Below the pieces are notes generated by a model. That model had not been told where the DNA came from and did not search any database. It was given only the letters and a program-made list of their open reading frames with translations. Shown one piece after another: positions 28,193 through 32,759 of a stretch of 32,759 bases of DNA (the stretch's first letter is position 1; every line of letters begins with the position of its first letter). Made by a program: the position numbers and the translations under genes. The DNA is taken from assembly GCA_030917685.1 (NCBI GenBank), contig JAUPUG010000038.1:1-32759 (forward strand), read 5' to 3'. This stretch comes from Patescibacteria group bacterium (GTDB taxonomy: Bacteria > Patescibacteriota > Minisyncoccia > Phycocordibacterales > CAIZLB01).

Positions 28193-28732
28193 ATGAACAC
28201 AAAAACTACTATCGTCATTCTAATTATCCTACTCGTACTTGTAGGGTGGTTTGCGTATGACAAAGGATACAAAAATGGCGTCTTAAAAAACTCAAACCCC
28301 GTAATTGCGTCATTAAAAAACGAGCAATCCAACAGTGTTCCGGCAAACAGTGTGCCATCAAACATCACTCCTGCAACTCCCACATCCCCGGATATCGCAC
28401 AGATAGTTAGTCAAAGTATTGTCGGAGTTTGGAAAAGTACTCAGGACGAAAAATTTACTCGAGAGTTTACAAATGCAGGTGTGATTGTTGATTATTACGA
28501 CAATAAAGCAGTTACGACAGGTACATGGGTTGCTTTTACAAATCAGAAGCCTCTCAAGGTTTCATTTCCTCTAGAAAAAGAAGTGGTATATATTCAAATG
28601 ACTACAACTGATAATCATGCAGGTATTCCCGATAGTACGCTCAACTTTAAACTTACAAAATTAACTCCTGAAATTTTGGAACTGATATATATGGATCGAG
28701 GAGGGATGAATACATTTACACGGATACAGTAG
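28193..28732 (+). CDS. Membrane-anchored hypothetical protein
   Basis: N-terminal TM, Pro/Ser linker, IVGVWKS beta-rich domain. Confidence 0.75.
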   Translation: MNTKTTIVILIILLVLVGWFAYDKGYKNGVLKNSNPVIASLKNEQSNSVPANSVPSNITPATPTSPDIAQIVSQSIVGVWKSTQDEKFTREFTNAGVIVDYYDNKAVTTGTWVAFTNQKPLKVSFPLEKEVVYIQMTTTDNHAGIPDSTLNFKLTKLTPEILELIYMDRGGMNTFTRIQ

Positions 28733-28824
28733 CTGGTGTTTGTTAGCACTAATTACTGTTGCTCAGTTTTGGTCAGATGTTGCTCGTTTGGTAATGGTAC
28801 ACATATTCAGTCGGCTTATAATGT

Positions 28825-29943
28825 ATGAATAAAAATATACTTATCGGAGTGGTAGTCACAGCACTTGTCCTTGTTTTGGGATATGCAGCTTTTAAAAATA
28901 ATCCAACTGACTTAGCTGTTATCGATACTACTACAAATACGCAGGGTACTTCTACATCTACTAATACAAATCCACCAAACACTACTCCACCTCCGACAAC
29001 GACTACTCCTCGAGCAATAGCCGCGCCTTCTGTTGAAACAAATATCCAAGCAATAATCTCGAATTCAACAGCGCTGGTATCTGGAAAAATTACTCCAAAC
29101 GGAGCACAGACTGCGTACTGGTATGACTATGGAACAAATACATCCATCACAAGTCATACGTCAAAACAAAATATTGGTAGTGGATATACACCTATTGCGG
29201 CGCCTACAAATATCATTTCGCTTAGTCCTAATACACAATACTATTTTCGTTTAATTGCTGAAAACAGTGTAGGTATCACAAGAGGTGAAGTACGATCATT
29301 TACTACAAATAATACGCCTGTAGTTTCAGGTAAGTTGCCAACATCACAAACAATTACTGCTACAAACATTACTCGTGGAAGTGTAAGTCTAAATGGTAAA
29401 ATAAATTCAAATGGTACAGCTACAACTTGGTGGTTTGAATACGGAGAGAATACAGCATTTGGTAATCTCACAACTTTCGGAAATATAAATAGTGATCAAG
29501 TTACAACTTCAGTGACATCTGCAGTGTCAGGTCTAAAGCCATTCACAAAATATTATTTTAGAATCAACGCTCAAAACCAATTTGGTACAGTGAACGGTGC
29601 AGTATCAAGCTTTACAACAATGGGTCCTATTGATTTAGGTGCACCTATTATCAAGACAAACAATCCAACAAATATCAGTACTTCTTCTGTGACCATGAAT
29701 GGAAGACTCGATCCAAATGATAGTAATACTACTTACTGGTTTGAATACAGTGATGAATCATTTGTAGGAGGCATAATCGGCACCATGACAGCTACTCAGA
29801 CAATGAATGGAGCAGATGTGGCTATCGGTGTAAAGTCTGATGTAACTGGCCTACGAAAAAATACAAAGTATTACTATCGTATGGTTGCACGAAATGAGTT
29901 TGGAACAGTTGCGGGTGGAACTGTATCGTTTAAGACTAAATAA
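28825..29943 (+). CDS. Membrane-anchored protein with three fibronectin type III-like repeats
   Basis: Three repeats of G.I..NG..T.YWFEYG...L.P.T.YYFR..A.N..G. Confidence 0.85.
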   Translation: MNKNILIGVVVTALVLVLGYAAFKNNPTDLAVIDTTTNTQGTSTSTNTNPPNTTPPPTTTTPRAIAAPSVETNIQAIISNSTALVSGKITPNGAQTAYWYDYGTNTSITSHTSKQNIGSGYTPIAAPTNIISLSPNTQYYFRLIAENSVGITRGEVRSFTTNNTPVVSGKLPTSQTITATNITRGSVSLNGKINSNGTATTWWFEYGENTAFGNLTTFGNINSDQVTTSVTSAVSGLKPFTKYYFRINAQNQFGTVNGAVSSFTTMGPIDLGAPIIKTNNPTNISTSSVTMNGRLDPNDSNTTYWFEYSDESFVGGIIGTMTATQTMNGADVAIGVKSDVTGLRKNTKYYYRMVARNEFGTVAGGTVSFKTK

Positions 29944-29951
29944 TAACCAAC

Positions 29952-30119
29952 ATGCAAAACAATAATACAAACACAAATACAATTCTCATCGTTCTTCTGA
30001 TTATAATTGTCGTAGCTTTAGGTACCTTTTGGTACAAAGGAATGGATGCAGAGCCAAAGGGTGAAGATAATGGTGCGTCACTCCAGATTGATTTAGGCGG
30101 GAAAAATGATACACAGTAG
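29952..30119 (+). CDS. 55-aa single-TM small protein (not in the ORF track)
   Basis: MQNNNTNTNTILIVLLIIIVVALGTFWYKG...; starts 8 nt after the previous stop. Confidence 0.7.
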   Translation: MQNNNTNTNTILIVLLIIIVVALGTFWYKGMDAEPKGEDNGASLQIDLGGKNDTQ

Positions 30120-30187
30120 GTGGGGTAAATTTGGGTCACATCACATACTACTTGATAATATCTAATCTAGACTGGTAAGATATAGGT

Positions 30188-30931
30188 ATGAAAAAATTCT
30201 TTCTAGTCCTGTTGGTTCTGGTTCTGCTGGTTGGGTTGACCGCTTACTACCAGCATCAGAAAAAGTGGTCATATCCAAACTATATTGATAATGAGCCTGT
30301 GATGGACAACCAAGTCAGTTACGGTGACTATAAAATTACTGATGCCACTTTAGAGAGTGTTACTGAGGATTCGGATGCTTACAAATTTGAGTCAAATATA
30401 CGAGTGTTATGGAGTACTGGAGCAGTTACAAACCATACTCAGAAACTTGATGAAAGAGTGATGTCAGTTGAAGTTACAGATATCAACTTTGATGGGCGAG
30501 ATGATCTTGAAATAGTTGTTAGTACTGGTGCATACAATATTGCTTCGTATTTTTACACATTTGATAGTGCTAAGGGCGAGTTTCTTGAATATATGAGTTT
30601 GGACGGAGCTGTATCACTAGATATAGAAAAAAGACAAATCGAGACTTTCTATAAAGGTAGGGGATTAGGAGATATGTACAGTATAGATAGGCATGTTTTT
30701 AGAAATAATATATGGCAGATCGTACAACAGGAGAGACAAGATATTGTAGATGACAGTCTCACAGAGGCAGGAGGTCCAACGTATTATATTAAGACTCTTG
30801 AAGATTTCGAGAATGGTACTTCGACTAAAAAAAACCTTACATACTACAAGGTCGAATCTTTAGATGAAGAGCCTTGGGATTTCATTGAGGTTTCAAAATC
30901 TGAGCTAGTGCAAAATGGAATTTTGAAGTAA
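30188..30931 (+). CDS. Exported acidic protein with DINFDGRDDL Ca-binding-like motif (possibly XAC2610-related)
   Basis: Signal/anchor sequence plus DINFDGRDDLEI..GAYN...YFYTFD. Confidence 0.55.
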   Translation: MKKFFLVLLVLVLLVGLTAYYQHQKKWSYPNYIDNEPVMDNQVSYGDYKITDATLESVTEDSDAYKFESNIRVLWSTGAVTNHTQKLDERVMSVEVTDINFDGRDDLEIVVSTGAYNIASYFYTFDSAKGEFLEYMSLDGAVSLDIEKRQIETFYKGRGLGDMYSIDRHVFRNNIWQIVQQERQDIVDDSLTEAGGPTYYIKTLEDFENGTSTKKNLTYYKVESLDEEPWDFIEVSKSELVQNGILK

Positions 30932-30939
30932 CACAGGAT

Positions 30940-31554
30940 ATGTCTCACTACACCTACATCCTCGAATGTGCTGACGATACACTATATGTGGGTTCTACGA
31001 ACGATCTAGAAAAAAGGTTGCATCAACACAATAACCTTAAACAAGGTGCGCATTACACAAAGATTCGTAGACCTGTCGCGCTGGTGTATTCTGAAGCGTG
31101 TGAAAGTTTCAGTGTTGCGCGAAAGCGTGAAGCTGAACTAAAGCGACTGTCGAGAGCTGAGAAATTAGATTTGATTAAAAGTGGGACGGTGCGTGCTGCG
31201 AAAGCTCCCAAGAAGTCTCGTGTCAAAAATATTTCGGCGAAAGTTCACACTGCGAAAATTCCCGCAAAAAAGATTCCTTCAAAATACACAATCAACGCAA
31301 AAGTCTGGAAATGGGAAGAGGATATGGCTTGGTATTTTATCAATCTAGACACGGCACTTTCAGAAAAGATACGAGAATCACGAGGAAAAGGCATGGTCAA
31401 AATACAGGCACAGATTGGGAAGTCATCATGGAACACATCACTTCTGTATCACACCGAAGCTCGAACCTATTTGATAGCCATAAAGAAGCTTATTCGGAGG
31501 AAAGAACAACTCATTGAGGGGAGTGAAGTCAAGGTGAACTTTGCCCTAATATAA
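30940..31554 (+). CDS. GIY-YIG nuclease (UPF0213-like) fused to a DUF1905-like domain
   Basis: YTYILECADDTLYVGSTNDLEKRL..HN; Lys-rich linker; WYFINL...GMVKIQAQIG..WNTSLL...YLIAIKKLIR. Confidence 0.8.
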   Translation: MSHYTYILECADDTLYVGSTNDLEKRLHQHNNLKQGAHYTKIRRPVALVYSEACESFSVARKREAELKRLSRAEKLDLIKSGTVRAAKAPKKSRVKNISAKVHTAKIPAKKIPSKYTINAKVWKWEEDMAWYFINLDTALSEKIRESRGKGMVKIQAQIGKSSWNTSLLYHTEARTYLIAIKKLIRRKEQLIEGSEVKVNFALI

Positions 31555-31568
31555 TATATAATCGATAT

Positions 31569-32261
31569 ATGGATTTAGCTCTTATATCTACCTCAGGCTG
31601 GTTTCTTCCCGTTATTCTGAGTGCTGCACTTATCGATAGTATCAACCCGTGCGCATTTTCTATTCTCTTTTTGACCATTACATTTTTGTTTAGTCTGGAA
31701 AAAGACCGAAAGTTTATTTTGAAAGCTGGAGGACTATATGTGTTTGGAATTTTCTTAGTATATACACTCATTGGAGTAGGTCTTCTTCAGGTCCTCTCTA
31801 TTTTAAATATTCCAAACGGCCTCGCCAAAGTTGGTGCGGTCATTCTCATTGCATATTGTGTGATCGGTATTATCAATGAGTTTTTTCCAAAGTTTCCAAT
31901 CAAGCTCAAAATACCTGCAAGTTCACATCAAACTCTTGCAAAAGTAATTCATAAAGCATCAGTGCCCGCATCTTTTTTCCTCGGAGTGCTTGTTGGACTA
32001 TTCGAATTCCCATGCACGGGCGGTCCATACCTATTTGTACTCGGTTTACTTCATGATCAGGCGAACTTCTGGAAAGGGTTTATGTATTTGGTAATTTACA
32101 ATATTGTCTTTGTTGCACCTCTCATCGTGATTCTACTAGTGGCGGTCAACAAGGCGGTTCTCGAGAAGCTTGACCGATTGCGGAGACTTGAGACCAAGAA
32201 ATCCCGTCTAGTACTGCTTCTAGTATTACTCGCAATCGCTATCTTTATCTTTAATTTATAA
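31569..32261 (+). CDS. CcdA/DsbD-like transmembrane thiol-disulfide protein
   Basis: DSINPCAF and EFPCTGGPY cysteine motifs; about 6 TM. Confidence 0.8.
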   Translation: MDLALISTSGWFLPVILSAALIDSINPCAFSILFLTITFLFSLEKDRKFILKAGGLYVFGIFLVYTLIGVGLLQVLSILNIPNGLAKVGAVILIAYCVIGIINEFFPKFPIKLKIPASSHQTLAKVIHKASVPASFFLGVLVGLFEFPCTGGPYLFVLGLLHDQANFWKGFMYLVIYNIVFVAPLIVILLVAVNKAVLEKLDRLRRLETKKSRLVLLLVLLAIAIFIFNL

Positions 32262-32311
32262 AATTTTGAACCGCGCATAAATCGCAAATTTACTAAACAT
32301 AATTAACACAT

Positions 32312-32759
32312 ATGACAAACACATCCGAATCACACAAACCCGAGCTTCCAAAAAACTTTGAAGAACTCAAACAAAAAATTCAGGATTTCAAAGAAAATAG
32401 AGGCGTGGATCTTTCAACAGAAGAAGATCTTGCTATTGGAGTTATGAATCTCATTAGTCTTGAAGAGCACTTTTTCTTTACAGGGGCAAAGACTGCCAAA
32501 AATGAATACTACGATATGTTGTATGAAGTGCGAGAAATGCGAAAAGTTTTGCTTGCGCGAATGATTGATAAGACTGAAGGGGAAAGTTGGTGTATTTCGA
32601 AACATCTTCTCGCTACAACTATGCGACTCATGGAGGTTGGTACAAAGCTAAACTCTGATGGTAAAAAAGAAGAAGCACGACAGATGTTCGAATTTGCATT
32701 TAAGACATTCAATATGTTCTTTGCACTACGTCTCAAAATCATTTCTGCGCCAGATGTTG
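32312..32759 (+). CDS. Hypothetical protein, 3'-partial (not in the ORF track)
   Basis: ATG 32312 is open to the window end: MTNTSESHKPELPK...EDLAIGVMNLISLEEHFFFTG...WCISKHLL. Confidence 0.75.
   Translation, partial: MTNTSESHKPELPKNFEELKQKIQDFKENRGVDLSTEEDLAIGVMNLISLEEHFFFTGAKTAKNEYYDMLYEVREMRKVLLARMIDKTEGESWCISKHLLATTMRLMEVGTKLNSDGKKEEARQMFEFAFKTFNMFFALRLKIISAPDV

Noticed and set aside
183-32742. Many short antisense or overlapping ORFs in the track (e.g. 4812-5255, 24158-24610, 29936-30139, 32509-32742)
   Set aside because: They are shadows of well-supported genes on the other strand or frame and show no motifs of their own.
1-32759. CRISPR array, rRNA or IS transposase
   Set aside because: I saw no regularly spaced repeat-spacer array, rRNA-like sequence or transposase motif.
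1-32759. Alternative genetic code (TAG or TGA recoding)
   Set aside because: Conserved genes are intact in code 11, and cysD, cysN and hsdS end at TAG at the expected positions; only one internal TAG was found.

Overview
AT-rich bacterial DNA in genetic code 11. Gene content (many small N-terminally anchored proteins, surface proteins with peptidoglycan-binding tails, few Shine-Dalgarno sites) suggests a Patescibacteria/CPR (Parcubacteria-like) genome; this taxonomy is an inference. From left to right: (1) a partial surface protein, a DUF2231 protein, a cytochrome b5-like protein and a NUDIX gene; (2) tRNA-Gln(CTG) followed by a decayed integrative island with two copies of a ~105-bp att-like element bracketing a MarR-MATE-FMN reductase cassette, then a DUF5677-like gene and a 5'-truncated large serine recombinase joined head-to-head to a 5'-truncated surface protein; (3) membrane proteins, including an MFS gene with an in-frame TAG, and a double palindrome; (4) cysDN (ATP sulfurylase) preceded by an unannotated, apparently leaderless Cys-Met-Cys leader peptide with a complete attenuator; (5) a defence island (NADAR, Mrr, type I R-M with two unknown genes between hsdM and hsdS, an operator-controlled Fic gene, a PD-(D/E)XK nuclease); (6) envelope and redox genes. 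The best candidates for novelty are the Cys/Met attenuator on cysDN, the repeated T-loop-bounded att element, and the gene pair embedded in the R-M operon. All family calls come from motif recognition by eye; no database searches were run.
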